Positions 13,620-26,496 of a stretch of 64,000 nucleotides of DNA are shown one piece after another. The number at the start of each line of letters is the position of its first letter. Within the stretch, counting starts at the first letter, position 1. Made by a program: the position numbers and the translations under genes. Under the pieces are notes generated by a model, which saw only the letters and a program-made list of their open reading frames with translations, had not been told where the DNA came from and made no database searches. The DNA is from Octopus vulgaris (taxonomy: Eukaryota), in contig OX597827.1 in assembly GCA_951406725.2 (NCBI GenBank), positions 44,206,001-44,270,000 of the forward strand. The letters run 5' to 3'.

Positions 13620-13860
13620 ATTTACAAAAAAAAAAAACTAAAACAAAAGACGAAGACGAGTGTGTAAACAACAAATAGATGTATTAGTTTAACGTTCGGG
13701 AAATGAGAAAGTCTTTTACGTTTCGAGCCTACGCTCTTCAGCAGAAAGGAACACAGAAATAAACAGAGAGAGAAAATAAAAAAGAGAGAGAAAATAAAAA
13801 GAGAGAGAAAATAAAATAAAAAGAGAAAATAAAAAAATTAGTGGCGAGCGATCAATCATA
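13616..13860 (-). mobile_element. non-autonomous PLE-type element with minimal hammerhead (13711-13748), 3' end at (TA)n
   Basis: Minus strand CTGAA-GAGC-GTAG-GCTC-GAAA-CGT-A; helix I is weak. Confidence 0.55.
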
Positions 13861-14371
13861 TAGGTAGGAAGGTATGCAAACTCAGGCTTGAGACATATAT
13901 TTACATAGATTTTAATACTATGGTCGCACATCTATGACATCATGCAGATATTACGAATAAATATGGTTATTACGTAAGTTATGAACACCTTGAAACAGAT
14001 GTTGAGATATGACTTCATGTGATTTTTTTTTCATTATTTTATAATATACATTTTGTGCTCCTTGTAAATAATTATATGTCTCAAGCCTAAGTGTGTTTAT
14101 CTATCTTAATACCTAAATAACATCTTCATAATAATTGCCCTTATGGCTAATTCTAGATGCCGAGCCGCTGGCCCAGGATGAAGACGTTGGAGTTTAACTT
14201 TACATCCATTTGAGCACCACTCTGTGTTATCTATACTGAGCATCGTTTGCTTTCACCCATTCTCTCTCTATATGTATGTAAGTATGTATGTATGTATGTA
14301 TGTATGTATGTATGTATGTATGTATGTATGTATGTATGTATGTATGTATGTATGTATGTATGCATGTATGT

Positions 14372-14660
14372 GTGAAGGTGCATGGTTCAGTGGTTAGGGC
14401 GTAGAGCTTACGATCGTGAGGTTGAGAGTTTCGAGCAAGACACTTTATTTCACGTTGCTCCAGTTCACTCAGTTGTAGAAATGAGTTGCCACGTCTCAGG
14501 GGGTCAAGCTATATCGGCCTTTGCCTTTCCCTTGGATAACATCGGTGGCATGGTGAGGAGAGGCTGCTATGCATGGCGACTGCTAGCCTTCCACAAACAA
14601 TCTGGCCCTGACTTGTGTCTCGGAGGGTAACTTTCTAGGTGCAATCCCATGGTCGTTCAT
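14372..14660 (+). mobile_element. SINE family C variant with a different 3' tail
   Basis: tRNA-like head, CAAGACACTTTATTTCACGTTGCTCCAGTTCACTCAG domain, tail ..GTGCAATCCCATGGTCGTTCATGACCGAAGGGGGTCTC. Confidence 0.7.
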
Positions 14661-14834
14661 GACCGAAGGGGGTCTCCCCCTCCTCCTGTGTATGTATGTA
14701 TGTATGTGTGTATGTATGTATGTATGTATGTATTTATGTATGTATGTATGTATGTAGATATGTAGGTACGTACGTACGTTCGTACGCACCTATGTATATA
14801 AGTATGTATGTAAATATATATCTATAAGTGTATA

Positions 14835-15030
14835 TCTTTGTGTTTGTCCCTAACCGCCACTTAACAACCGGTGTTGGTTTGTATGCGTCTCCTTCACTTA
14901 GCCGTTAAGCAAAAAGAGAACGATGGAATAATTACCAGGCTTCAAAAAATAAGTACGGCAGGGGCGATTTGTTCAAATAAACACATTAAGGCAGTGCCAC
15001 AGCATGGCCGCAATTCAAATACTGAAGCAA
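14835..15030 (+). mobile_element. SINE family B 3' half (degenerate)
   Basis: Homologous to 35175-35360. Confidence 0.65.
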
Positions 15031-15245
15031 ATGATCTTCTCACCTGTTATTCAGACATGAGTTTCTACAGCGACCGCTAGAGCTATAATATTTGAATCCG
15101 ACGTGTACTTCGCTTTTTTGAAAGGGTCTGATTCAGTTTTGTTAAGGGATGCATTGTGGGAAGGTGAGTGTAGCAACATTTATGCAAAGCAGAAAAAGTC
15201 GATTGATTAATTCGTTGCTATTTAATTATTAATTGAATATATAGG

Positions 15246-15420
15246 GCGTCGAGCTGGCAGAATCGTTAGTACGCCGGATGAAATGCTTAGTGGCACTTCA
15301 TCGATCTTTACGCCCTGAGTTCAAATACCATCAAAGTCGACTTTGTCTTTCATGCTTTCGAGGTCGATAAAATAAGTACCAATTGAGCACTAAGGCCTTG
15401 TGCTAAAATTTGGAAACAAT
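15246..15420 (+). mobile_element. SINE family A
   Basis: GGCGTCGAGCTGGCAGAATCGTTAG..GAGTTCAAA..GTCGACTTTGTCTTTCATGCTTTCGAGGTCGATAAAATAAGTACC. Confidence 0.8.
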
Positions 15421-15442
15421 TATTAATTGAATACATATATAT

Positions 15443-15797
15443 CCCTGGTACAGTCACACTGCGTGGCACTTTGGACACTTTGATCTATTACTATAGCCTA
15501 GTGAGTAGATTTAGTAGACGGAAATTGAAAGAAGCTCGTCATATGTGTGTGTATGTGAGTATGTATGTTTATGTGCGTATGTATGTTTGTGTGTGTCTGT
15601 GTTTGTCCCCCACCATCGCTTGACGACCGATGCTGGTGTGTTTACGTCCCCGTGACTTAGCGGTTCGGCAAAAAGACACTGATAGAATAAGTACTAGGCT
15701 TACAAAGAATAAGTCCTGGGGTCGATTCGTTCGACTAAAGGCGGTGCTCCAGCATGGCCGCAGTCAAATGACTGAAATAAGTAAAAGAATAAAAGAA
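15443..15797 (+). mobile_element. SINE family B (5'-truncated, internal microsatellite)
   Basis: Homologous to 34963-35386. Confidence 0.8.
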
Positions 15798-16219
15798 TCG
15801 CATAAAGATAACTATTTTTTATCAGGTTTTCATTAATATCAAAAGTTTTTCGGTATAGTATTCATAGCAAGAAAGAATAAATAGTTTCTAATACCAACGT
15901 GACTGCCCTTAGCGCCATGTGTCTATGCATGTAAGTACGTACATATGCATGTATTCATGCTTGTATGTATGTATTTATGTATGATTTATGTACGTGTATA
16001 CGAGCGTGTTGTGTGTGCGCGAAAATGACAATACACAAAACGGAAGGAAGTCCAAACAGAAACAAAATATCTTTAATATATAGAACATATATATCTGTAA
16101 GGCATGGTGTATTTGTTCATATGTGTATACAAGTATTGTGCATATTTATCGTTATAACATTCGGTCTAGCTCTCACCCTCACCCTCTCTCTCTCTATGTA
16201 TTTAAATATACACAAATAC

Positions 16220-16281
<62 letters not shown>

Positions 16282-17488
16282 ATATGTGTGTATAGATGTG
16301 CATATATATATATATGTGTGTGTGTGTATGAATGTATGTATATATATATATTTTTTTTTTATTTAATTATTTATATGTATGTATATGTATATATAAACAC
16401 ACACATATATCTGCATATATATATATATATATACATAAACACACATACATACACACACAAACATATATATGCCAGTATGAGTTTGTATGTATGTATATAC
16501 ATATGTACTTATACAAAATCTGTTTACGTATTTCCCCTTTATTTGATTCAATTTCAGAATTTTCGAATTCTCCAAATAAACCCCGGAGAATTCCAACCTA
16601 CATCCTGGTAGTTTTCTGTAGAGAGGACAAGAGTCCAAGGAGTAGGGGCGAATAGGATAATGGGAAGGCGCATGGATACAGCAGTGTAGGGAAATCACGT
16701 ACTGATCTACCGAAGGACGGAAGGGTGACCTGAAGGTTCAAGCTATTAACCCGAAATACCTCAAATATTCTTCAACGTTCTTGGCTATTTTTGCTTTCGT
16801 TTTCCTTTTTTACCAATGACCTCCTCTGCCTAGTAATATCTACTGTCATCTTGCATATATTCTTCTTCTTCCGGCAGCGCCAATTCCACAGTCGTCGCCA
16901 CCACTCGCGCATTCCCCTACTCCCACTACCACCATCATTACTACCACCACCACCATACAACCACTGCGACTACCTTCATTAGAAATCTCAACGAATTATT
17001 GTTTTCCCTACAGAACTTCTATGAAAATATCAACGAAACGAACCCAATTATTTGTTGTTGGAAATTGTTGATGTTGTTGTTGTTGTTGATATTGTTGCTG
17101 CTATTACTGTTCATGTTGTTTTTGTTGTTGCTGTTGTTGTTGTTGTTGTTGTTGTTGCTTTTTTATATATATATATATTTTGCTGGTTGCCAAATTGAAG
17201 AAAATGGCGAATAAGTATAACAGAACGGGAGTGTTGTGGTAGGTTACCACCCCCACCCCCATCCCAACTCCAGCCCCAGCCCCGGAGACCGTTTACAATA
17301 TCAGTTCGGGTCTCGTATGCATACGAACTATGCTCGTAAACAAGGTGGTACGTACAAACACACATAGACTTATTAAACACAGACACGCAGAAACCAACAA
17401 AATGCGCGCGCGCGCACCCAACACATACGCACACATACACACAATACGCCCGTACGCAGGCATTCAGATGAACACACTCACAAATACA

Positions 17489-17521
<33 letters not shown>

Positions 17522-17539
17522 GCCAAACGCAAACAGCTT

Positions 17540-18398
17540 GATGAGGAAGAGTAGGAAAATGATGATGGTGATGATGGTGATGATGACACGATTGAGGAGG
17601 AAGAAGAGGAAAAAGAGGAGGAGGAGGAGGAAGAGGAAGATGAGGAGGAGGAGGGGGAGGAGTGGTGAAGATGGTGATGATGATGAATGCGATGATGACG
17701 ACGACGGCTGTGATGATTTTGGCGCTGATGGTAGTGGAAATGGTATTTGTGTTGGTAACCGAGGTAAGGATAATGGGTTGTAGGCGGAGGAGGGGTGATG
17801 GCTTTGATGATCATCGTAATGAGAAGGAGGAGGAGAAGGAACAAGAGGTGGGGCAGGAGGAGCAGGAGGAGCAGGAAGAAAGTGGCGATGACGGTGATGA
17901 CGATGATCACGATGGATATGATGATGGTGATCATGATGATGGCAATAGTGATAATGATATTGATGATAATGATGATGACGATGACGACGACGACGACGAT
18001 ACCATGATGATGATGATGAAAATGATGATGATGGCGATGAGGATGATGAGGATGATGGTGATGACGATCATAATGATGGTGATCATGATGATGGTAGTGA
18101 TGATGATTGTGATGGTCATGACGATGATGATGATGATAATGACGACAACGATGATGAGAATGATGAGGTTGATGATGATGACTATCAGTAACGATGGTGA
18201 TGATGATGATAATGATGATGATGATGATGATGATGATTCAGGTACGATGGTGCTGGTGGAGAGGATGTGGACGAGGAGAGAAAAGGAGAATAATGATGCC
18301 TGTATGATGAAAATAATGCAGAGTGGGGAAGAGGAGAAGGAAGGGGAGAAGAAGGAGGAGGAGAACAGTGATGATGATTGGAGAGAGGGTAAAAAAAT

Positions 18399-18440
<42 letters not shown>

Positions 18441-18441
18441 C

Positions 18442-18475
<34 letters not shown>

Positions 18476-18478
18476 AAA

Positions 18479-18509
<31 letters not shown>

Positions 18510-18530
18510 CGACGACGACGACGATGAACA
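17540..18530. repeat. degenerate (GAT)n/(GAG)n/(GAC)n trinucleotide region
   Basis: Directly visible; the ORFs here are poly-D/M/E artefacts. Confidence 0.9.
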
Positions 18531-18814
18531 CGTTGATTATAGCGATACTAATAAAAACTATGACGAAATCGATTTTTTTAAGCGATGCAAATATTTGAGC
18601 TGATTGGTGAATGAAGCAAGAGCGTATGTGTAGAGGAGGGCAATGGGGTGAGGTATTAAAAGGGGGTAGAGGAGTTTGTCGTTTGGTTTTCCAGTCGGGA
18701 ATATATTTTATAGTATTATTTCCAATAATCGAACTTTGTAAGTAATTCACTTACAAATCGATTTTATTCGGTTACGTAGTCGCTCAGTCACTCAGTCGCT
18801 CAGTCACTTTGTTG

Positions 18815-19275
18815 CTTGGTTACGCTTGTAGCACCGGTCACTTGGTCACTTGGTCACTTGGTCACTTGGTCATTTGGTCATTTGGTTGCTTAGTTATCCT
18901 AGTAGCACCGGTCACTTGGTCACTTGGTCATTTGGTCATTTGGTTGCTTGGTTATCCTAGTAGCATCGGTCACTTGGTCACTTGGGTATTTGGTCATTTG
19001 GTTGCTTGGTTATCCTAGTAGCACCGGTCACTTGGTCACCTGGTCACTTGGGTATTTAGTCATTTGGCTGCTTGATTATCCTAGTAGCCCCGGTCATTTG
19101 GTCACTTGGGCACTTGGGCACTTGGGCATTTGGTCATTTGGTTGCTTGTTTATCCTAGTAGCACCGGTCACTTGGTCACTTGAACATTTGGTCACTTGAA
19201 CATTTGGTCACTTGCTTTCTTGGTTATCCTAGTAGTAGTGGTCATCTGGTCACTCGAATATTTGGTCACTTGGTT
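18815..19275. repeat. hierarchical minisatellite: TTGGTCAC 8-mers punctuated by GTTATCCTAGTAGCACCGG
   Basis: About 7 higher-order units of roughly 60-75 bp, each made of several 8-mers plus a constant spacer; decays into TTGGTTGC-like sequence to about 19530. Confidence 0.85.
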
Positions 19276-19600
19276 GCTTAATTGCATTTCTTGAATACTT
19301 AGTTGCTTAGGCCCTCTCAGAACCTGGTTCGGGGTTTACTTGTTAGCTCAATTACACTGCCTGCTTCGTTACCCTGTTGCCTTATTGAACTGTCGCTTGG
19401 TTTCTCGGTTATGTTTTGTAGCCAGATTGCTTGCTAACTTAATTGCTTGGTTATGCTGGGAGCCTGGTTACTTAGTCACTTGGTTGCTTGGTTATCTTAG
19501 GAACAATGTTTCGTGGTTGCTTGGTGAAGTTGGTAGCCAGGCTACATTAGCATGAAGACATGATAACATTAGTTGCTTTATAATTTATTACACTAGTTAA

Positions 19601-20000
19601 GGCGGCGAGCTGGCAGAATCGTTAGCACCCCGGGCGAAATGCTTAGCGGTATTTCGTCTGCCGCTACGTTCTGAGTTCAAATTCCGCCGAGGTCGACTTT
19701 GCCTTTCATCCTTTCGGGGTCGATTAAATAAGTACCAGTTACGCACTAGGGTCGATATAATCGACTTAATCCGTTTGTCTGTCCTTCTTCGTTCCCTCTG
19801 TGTTTAGCCCCTTGTGGGTAGTAAAGAAATAGGTATTTCGTTCGTCTTTGCGTTCTGAGTTCAAATTCCGCCGAGGTTGACTTTGCCTTTTATCCTTTCG
19901 GGGTCGATTAAATAGGTACCAGTTGAACGCAGGGGCAGATGTAATCGAGTTATCCTCTCGCTCGAAATTGTTGGCCTTGTACCAAAATTTGAAACCAATA
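19601..20000 (+). mobile_element. SINE family A full copy (19601-19831) plus tandem 5'-truncated second copy
   Basis: GGCGGCGAGCTGGCAGAATCGTTAGCA..GAGTTCAAATTCC..Nin/Deu-like core. The first copy ends GCCCCTTGTGGGTAGTAAAGAAATA and the second ends GGCCTTGTACCAAAATTTGAAACC. Confidence 0.9.
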
Positions 20001-20311
20001 TTCTTTGTAAATTATTAACTTCACAGATTTGTCATGTTAGGGGACAAAAATCTAATCATTGTTAAAAAGTGGGGTGAAAACTACGGTAATATTTCAGCCT
20101 CATTAGACCTTCATCAGCAAAAGCATAGACCAACCTCGACGGCTGCTTTGATTAATGGATAAAAGATTTTACGAGTAGAAAAAGAGTTACGAAAACGTGT
20201 GAGCAGTATAATACAAGGTGCATTCAAGAAGTTTTGAGACTTTTTCCAGGAGAATCATTCATTAACTCCAAAGAGATACAAAACTTTAATCTCTTTCAAA
20301 GTAGGATTCTG

Positions 20312-20360
<49 letters not shown>

Positions 20361-20644
20361 GATACATACATTCGTACATATATATATATATATATACAAA
20401 CATATATGCGTGTAAGACTATGCATTCAGAGACACACTCACATATGTAGCTATATGCCTGCTCATATGTATGTAGAAATGGGCATATGTATGTGTATATA
20501 TGGGTGTGTGTATGTGTGTGTTTGTATGCGCATGGATGCATGTAAGTATATGTAGGTGCGTGTGTGTGTGTTTGTACGCATATTGACATGCATACGTACG
20601 TCCATACACTCATACATACATACATACATACATACATACATACA

Positions 20645-20915
20645 TTATTATTATGGCTGCCCCCTCGTTATCGAGTATGGCCATTGCACGAAGCTTAACT
20701 GTTACTGGTGCTGTGATCGAATGTGACTTTTTAGCCCAGCCAAAGATCTACAATGTCTTGTACAGAATTGGTAACTAAAACCTTTACCGGTAATAGCCGG
20801 CTGTAGTTGTAACTGGGCTTCATGTACCTTTGCATGTCGTTTAAGTCCTCCTGCCGAATTACACTCTCTTCCACATGCCCGACAGATATGATTAGTATGG
20901 TGTGTAGCACCACGA
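20645..20915 (-). mobile_element. RTE-type LINE 3' end with two C2H2 zinc fingers
   Basis: HICRACGRECNSAGGLKRHAKVH..FCTRHCRSLAGLKSHIRSQH*, then a short 3' UTR (GGCCATACTCGATAACGAGGGG) and a (TAA)n tail. Confidence 0.7.
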
Positions 20916-21381
20916 CATACATACATACGTACGTACATACATACATACATACATACATACATACATACATACATACATACATACATACATACATACATAC
21001 ATACATACATACATACATACATGCCTTCATACATGCATGCATAAACACAGACAAATATGCTGACAGACGGACAGACAGAATATAAACAGCTGGAGATAGA
21101 AAAAGAAATCAATACCAAAAACCCATCTCAAGTTTCCCACCTTACACACCATTAATCGGCAAGAGAAAGACTATATTTAGAGATTTCGTTGTTGTCAGAC
21201 ATGATGTGGTTATTGCAAAATGGAAAGAAAACAATACAAAGAAGAATCGGGGCGAGGCAAACATGGCGTCACGCTGAAATAGTACAATATTCCAGTGGGG
21301 TAAACGTCATATAAAAGAGTTCTGCTCATACTAAAATTATGATTTAGAATCGTTTTAAAGAATGTAGAGTAACTTATGTAA

Positions 21382-21412
<31 letters not shown>

Positions 21413-21603
21413 ATAGATATTCTATGAAATACATCACGAGGTGTTCTTATGATTCCGGTTTATACTCGATAAAAATTGTTACGAAAATATCGGCGTTGGA
21501 GCGTAAAGTAAATAACGTAAGCAGCATGATGGAAAAACAAATCAAGGCATATGTAGTATACGTGTGAAACAAGTGTGTGACGGGAGAGGTGGTTTGATGA
21601 GTG

Positions 21604-21673
<70 letters not shown>

Positions 21674-21817
21674 CGTGTGTGTGTGCGAGTGTGCGTGCTA
21701 AAATATATATATAGCAATAGAAACAGGCCAAAATTTGGGTTCAACTTTACATATAATGGTATGTATACATATACATACATATGTGTGTATATATATGCGT
21801 GTGTGTATGCGTGTATG

Positions 21818-21858
<41 letters not shown>

Positions 21859-21985
21859 AGAACAATCTTACTTAGAAATGGATGCGTGCGTTCCGTCATA
21901 TAATAAATTAGTAAATAAAACATATGCATATATACATACATATATGTACGTACCTACCTCTACATGTATATATACATGCATATAT

Positions 21986-22152
21986 GGGTACTGGGCACCA
22001 AAAACACGTCGAACACAATGAGGAACGAAAACATAAACACAAAACCAAGGAAATGGACATTTTTCTTAAACAACGAAAAAATAGAGTACAGGACAAATAA
22101 CACAAGGAAAATTCCCCTTCTTCAGTCGCCATGGTTTCATCTACTCTGCGTT
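21986..22152 (-). mobile_element. truncated non-autonomous repeat (same family as 39643-39950)
   Basis: Shared GGGTAC..AAAAACGT.GAACACAATGAG..ATTCCCCTTCTTCAGT..GTTTCATCTACTC. Confidence 0.6.
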
Positions 22153-22234
22153 AGGTACGTACATATATGTATGTATATATGCATATGTTTTATTTATTAA
22201 TTTATATGTATACATACATATATATATATATATA

Positions 22235-22762
22235 ACGTTATATAATTAGGGCTCAGTAAAATAATTTACTTTACCACACACTGAAACTTTTAGAAATAGC
22301 AGCCAAAAAGTTTTTTAGCTATTTCTTCTACTATAAGAAAAGTCTCCCAGATAGTGTTTACTCAAATCCAAATATAAGAAATGTGTTTATCCAAATCTAA
22401 ATATAAGAAATGTTGAGCTGACGAAAGAAGTGTTGAGTTTTAAATTCAACTAATCCAGAAACGTAACGTTCTCAACTGATCTTTGTACATGTGATAATTT
22501 GTTATTTTCCCCTCCATATCTGCGTGAATTATTTTTGAGTAAACACTATCTGGGAGACTTTTCTTATAGTAGAAGAAATAGCTAAAAATCTTTTTGGCTG
22601 CTATTTCTAAAAGTTTCAGTGTGTGGTAAAGTAAATTATTTTACTGAGCCCTAATTATATAACGTAATATTTTAAATATACCTTGAATGGTCCTTTTACA
22701 TACTGGACACTACTTGGTGAAATTAATTAATAATTAATTGATTTTACCCTTTTATTATTGAT
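22235..22762 (+). mobile_element. hammerhead-bearing element with 132-bp 5' inversion, flanked by (TA)n
   Basis: Arms 22235-22366 and 22534-22665 are inverted repeats (1 mismatch). The hammerhead lies in the loop. The 3' end is ..TTTTACCCTTTTATTATTG(AT)n. Confidence 0.8.
22412..22476 (+). ncRNA. type I hammerhead ribozyme
   Basis: GTTGAG-CTGACGA-(..GTTGAGTTTTAAATTCAAC..)-GAAA-CG-TAA-CG-TT-CTCAAC; the base of helix II is imperfect. Confidence 0.7.
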
Positions 22763-22992
22763 ATATATATATATATATACATAAAGTTAATCCAAACAAG
22801 AAAACACAAAAAAACACAGCAACGCGAGGACGTGGAACAAATAAAGTATTATTGGACGCTCGGGAAAGAAGGGATATATTGATAAAAACGGTAAGACAAC
22901 AAAAGAAAGAGAGCTCGATATTATGTAGCTAGAGGAATTTATCTGTAAATGTAATATGTGGCTACCGAATAATTGTCACATATTACATTTAC

Positions 22993-23050
<58 letters not shown>

Positions 23051-23052
<2 letters not shown>

Positions 23053-23429
23053 TAGCAGTATCGCCCGGCGTTGCTCGGGTTTGTTTCGACCCTTTAGAAT
23101 TGGAATTTTTGAAAAGTATAGATTTTGCATTATGTAGCTTGTTATTTTCTTTAAGTGAACATTTTTTTTTGGTTGAAATACACCGAAAAATGGCGACGCA
23201 GCTGTCAAAAAATCGTAAAAAAATAGGGATTTTCATAGAAAAAAAAGCACTTTTTTATGTAAATAATTTTTGGTGTTAACATGGTCCGATTTGAATTTTT
23301 TCTTCTACGGAAGAAAGAGCAAGCCTTCTTCTATCATACTTTCAACTTTGGTCAACTTGCGCCGCAGGGTCTCGGAGGAGATAGTGTTAGTTGAAGGCTA
23401 CCAAACTTGCCATATACAGACAACTTCAG

Positions 23430-23432
<3 letters not shown>
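23051..23432 (+). mobile_element. Helitron/Helentron-associated non-autonomous element (DINE-like)
   Basis: ACTAGCAGTATCGCCCGGCGTTGCTCGGG terminal hairpin; same terminus at 51976; flanked by (TA)n. Confidence 0.65.
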
Positions 23433-23500
<68 letters not shown>

Positions 23501-23593
23501 TTCAAATAAAGGTCACAAACCACATTGAGGAATAATAAAATCCAGTAAATATACTGGTTAGTTACCTATTTAAAAAGTGTTGAATATTACAAT

Positions 23594-24116
23594 TACCGTA
23601 AATCCTCAAGTATAATCCGCATTTTTTTCCCTAAATTTAAAGGTCAAAATGCCTCGTACGTATTATATACGAGGTTAAAAATGAAAATTATTTTCTAAGC
23701 AATATCCGAGTTTCTATTTGCTGTCTGGCTATGTTTATTCAGATGCATTTTGTGATGTTGGGCGCGAAACTACCTTAAGCTAAGCCTGAAAGCACTGAAG
23801 TCATAAAAGGATCATCCATAACTTGTAGTAAGCCATTTATTAAACGTTATTGCTGTTATTACTGTTATTTCTTTATTTTCTGCAAACAAAATGCACAAAA
23901 AAGCTACATGTTTGCATTATGTTATATATACAAGAATAATAAAGGACGTTACCGCATACATTTTTACAAACCAAGGACGTTATATAGACCTCCTTGACTC
24001 AAGTTAGAGAAGGGGTGCGTATTATACACAAGGTTTAGGTTTTTCAAAGGTACAGCTCCCTAAAAATCCTCTGCGTATTATACTCAAAGGCGGAATATAC
24101 TCGAGGATTTACGGTA
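23594..24116. mobile_element. pogo/Tigger-like MITE
   Basis: TA-CCGTAAATCCTCAAGTATA ... TATACTCGAGGATTTACGG-TA, with internal GCGTATTATA repeats. Confidence 0.8.
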
Positions 24117-24616
24117 TTCCTTCAGATTTACTACTACCCACCTAAGAGGCATTCACAAAGAAATATAGAGGGAGACAGACTATTTAAAGACTATGGAAAT
24201 ATCTACAAAACATTTCACTTAATTTTTTCTCCAATTTAATTGTTTTTCTTATGGATGTGTGTGCGTGTGTGTGTGTGTGTATGTATTATGTATATGTAAC
24301 ACAAACTCTTGAGTTTCGGCAAATTGGTGTTTGTCAGATTATGGGTAGAAGGAGAAGTAAACCCAGTGAGTAAATTCTCAAGAGGTTTGAAGGCAAGAAT
24401 GACGTGTTCTCAACATACTTAGTGGCAGTTTCGCGTAAGGGCAGAAGCTTTTGTAATACCGGTAGAGAAAAGAAATAGGATGTATACATGACATCGAAGC
24501 CAGGGATCTCATAGACATGAGGACGGAAGAAGTTTGTGTCCGAACCGTTTAATATTATAATTTCTGTAATATAAGAATTAAACATTATCGTTCCTCTATT
24601 TCTACTCGTCTCGCCA

Positions 24617-24651
<35 letters not shown>

Positions 24652-24855
24652 GTCATATTTTCTTCCTTTTTCTGTGCTTCTTTCTTTCCCTTTGTTTAAC
24701 ATTCTTTCGCTGTCTTTGAGCGTGCGTTCAAGCATTGCATCTATAGATTTATGTAAAACATACATACAAACACACACGCATAAGCATATTACTCTACCAC
24801 TGGTATTTGAGTACACTTTTTTCCACCTTGTTTCACATTTATGTGTTTACTCCGG

Positions 24856-24880
<25 letters not shown>

Positions 24881-24888
<8 letters not shown>

Positions 24889-25902
24889 TCAATATAGGGT
24901 GGCAAAAAAATTTTGTAGAATCTTATTGCCACCAGCGGCCTAGTGGGAAAAAATTAAATAGTCATAAACCATTTTTAAGTTCAACATCACAATCAAGGAA
25001 CGGCCATAATAGGCCATTCACCCACTAGAAATAACAGCCAAAAGCTTCAACCGCAAAATAACATCAATTCCGTAAACCAGGAGAAAATTAAAAAACATTT
25101 ACCCTGTAATTTCTTATACGATGCACCGTTTCATCTACTGTTTAATGGTAAACTAACCTGATTAAATTAAATCAAGCCAATCTACCATAGGCCCTTAGAT
25201 TCATCAGTAAGAAATAGCCAAGTCGGAACAGATATTTTTCACGAGGCATTCTCATCCTTGCCTCGGCAATATCTGACCTAAAATTTTCAAATCATCGCAC
25301 TCGCGCCAAATTTATCGGCAGCAAATAAATATAAGCCGCCGATTCCATTACGGAACTAACCAGAAAATTCATAATTAATCAATATAGGGTGGCAAAAAAA
25401 TTTTGTAGAATCTTATTGCCACCAGCGGCCTAGTGGGAAAAAATTAAATAGTCATAAACCATTTTTAAGTTCAACATCACAATCAAGGAACGGCCATAAT
25501 AGGCCATTCACCCACTAGAAATAACAGCCAAAAGCTTCAACCGCAAAATAACATCAATTCCGTAAACCAGGAGAAAATTAAAAAACATTTACCCTGTAAT
25601 TTCTTATACGATGCACCGTTTCATCTACTGTTTAATGGTAAACTAACCTGATTAAATTAAATCAAGCCAATCTACCATAGGCCCTTAGATTCATCAAAGG
25701 GCCTATGGTAGATTGGCTTGATTTAATTTAATCAGGTTAGTTTACCATTAAACAGTAGATGAAACGGTGCATCGTATAAGAAATTACAGGGTAAATGTTT
25801 TTTAATTTTCTCCTGGTTTACGGAATTGATGTTATTTTGCGGTTGAAGCTTTTGGCTGTTATTTCTAGTGGGTGAATGGCCTATTATGGCCGTTCCTTGA
25901 TT

Positions 25903-25907
<5 letters not shown>
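24881..25907 (-). mobile_element. hammerhead element: 490-bp monomer x about 1.67 plus 211-bp terminal fold-back, between (TA)n tracts
   Basis: 24881-25206 is repeated at 25371-25696 (period 490). 25476-25686 is inverted at 25697-25907 with a 10-nt loop. Confidence 0.85.
25109..25215 (-). ncRNA. type I hammerhead ribozyme with extended helix II
   Basis: Minus strand: ATTTCTTA-CTGATGA-ATCTA..(long stem-loop)..TAGAT-GAAA-CGGTGCATCG-TA-TAAGAAAT; 8-bp helix I, near-palindromic helix III, GUA site. Confidence 0.85.
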
Positions 25908-25940
<33 letters not shown>

Positions 25941-25941
25941 A

Positions 25942-25978
<37 letters not shown>

Positions 25979-26052
25979 AATATATGTATACAAATACATA
26001 TATATATTCATATATGCATATACATATATCTGTATGTACATGTATATATGTA

Positions 26053-26100
<48 letters not shown>

Positions 26101-26496
26101 CATGTATAATTTATTCATACAGTTTATCTCAACGATTTATAAATCGTTTCTATCGAAAAGCTATTTTCAGAAAGAGATGCAAGCTTTTCAGGAGGAACTA
26201 TTTGTAAATCGAAGATAGATAAACTCTATGAATAAATTATGTAACTCTGCGTCAGACGAAGCAAAGATTATTAATTGAAATTGGTCTTCTTTGTTGTTTC
26301 TCTTTATATTCTTTAACTAAGCTTACCCTGAATGTATGTGTGTATGTGTGTGTGTGTGCGTGTGTGTTTGTGTGTGGTGGGGAGGATATTTGCATATACA
26401 CATTTTTATATATATGCATATATACATGCGTGCATATATATATATATATATATATATACATACATACATACATATACTTTTTCCTTCTTACATCTT

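Noticed and set aside
16772-16960. 62-aa minus-strand ORF
   Set aside because: Partly low-complexity; no homology recognisable and no clear splice signals.
18815-19275. CRISPR-like repeat-spacer appearance
   Set aside because: The spacers are themselves 8-mer repeats, the context is eukaryotic, and there are no cas genes.
20088-20120. Minus-strand CTGATGA-aGGTCT-aatg-AGGCT-GAAA
   Set aside because: Helix II is plausible but no helix I pairing; at best a decayed hammerhead, so not annotated.
20702-20915. C2H2 zinc-finger host gene exon
   Set aside because: Followed immediately by an RTE-style 3' UTR and (TAA)n tail; better explained as a LINE 3' end.
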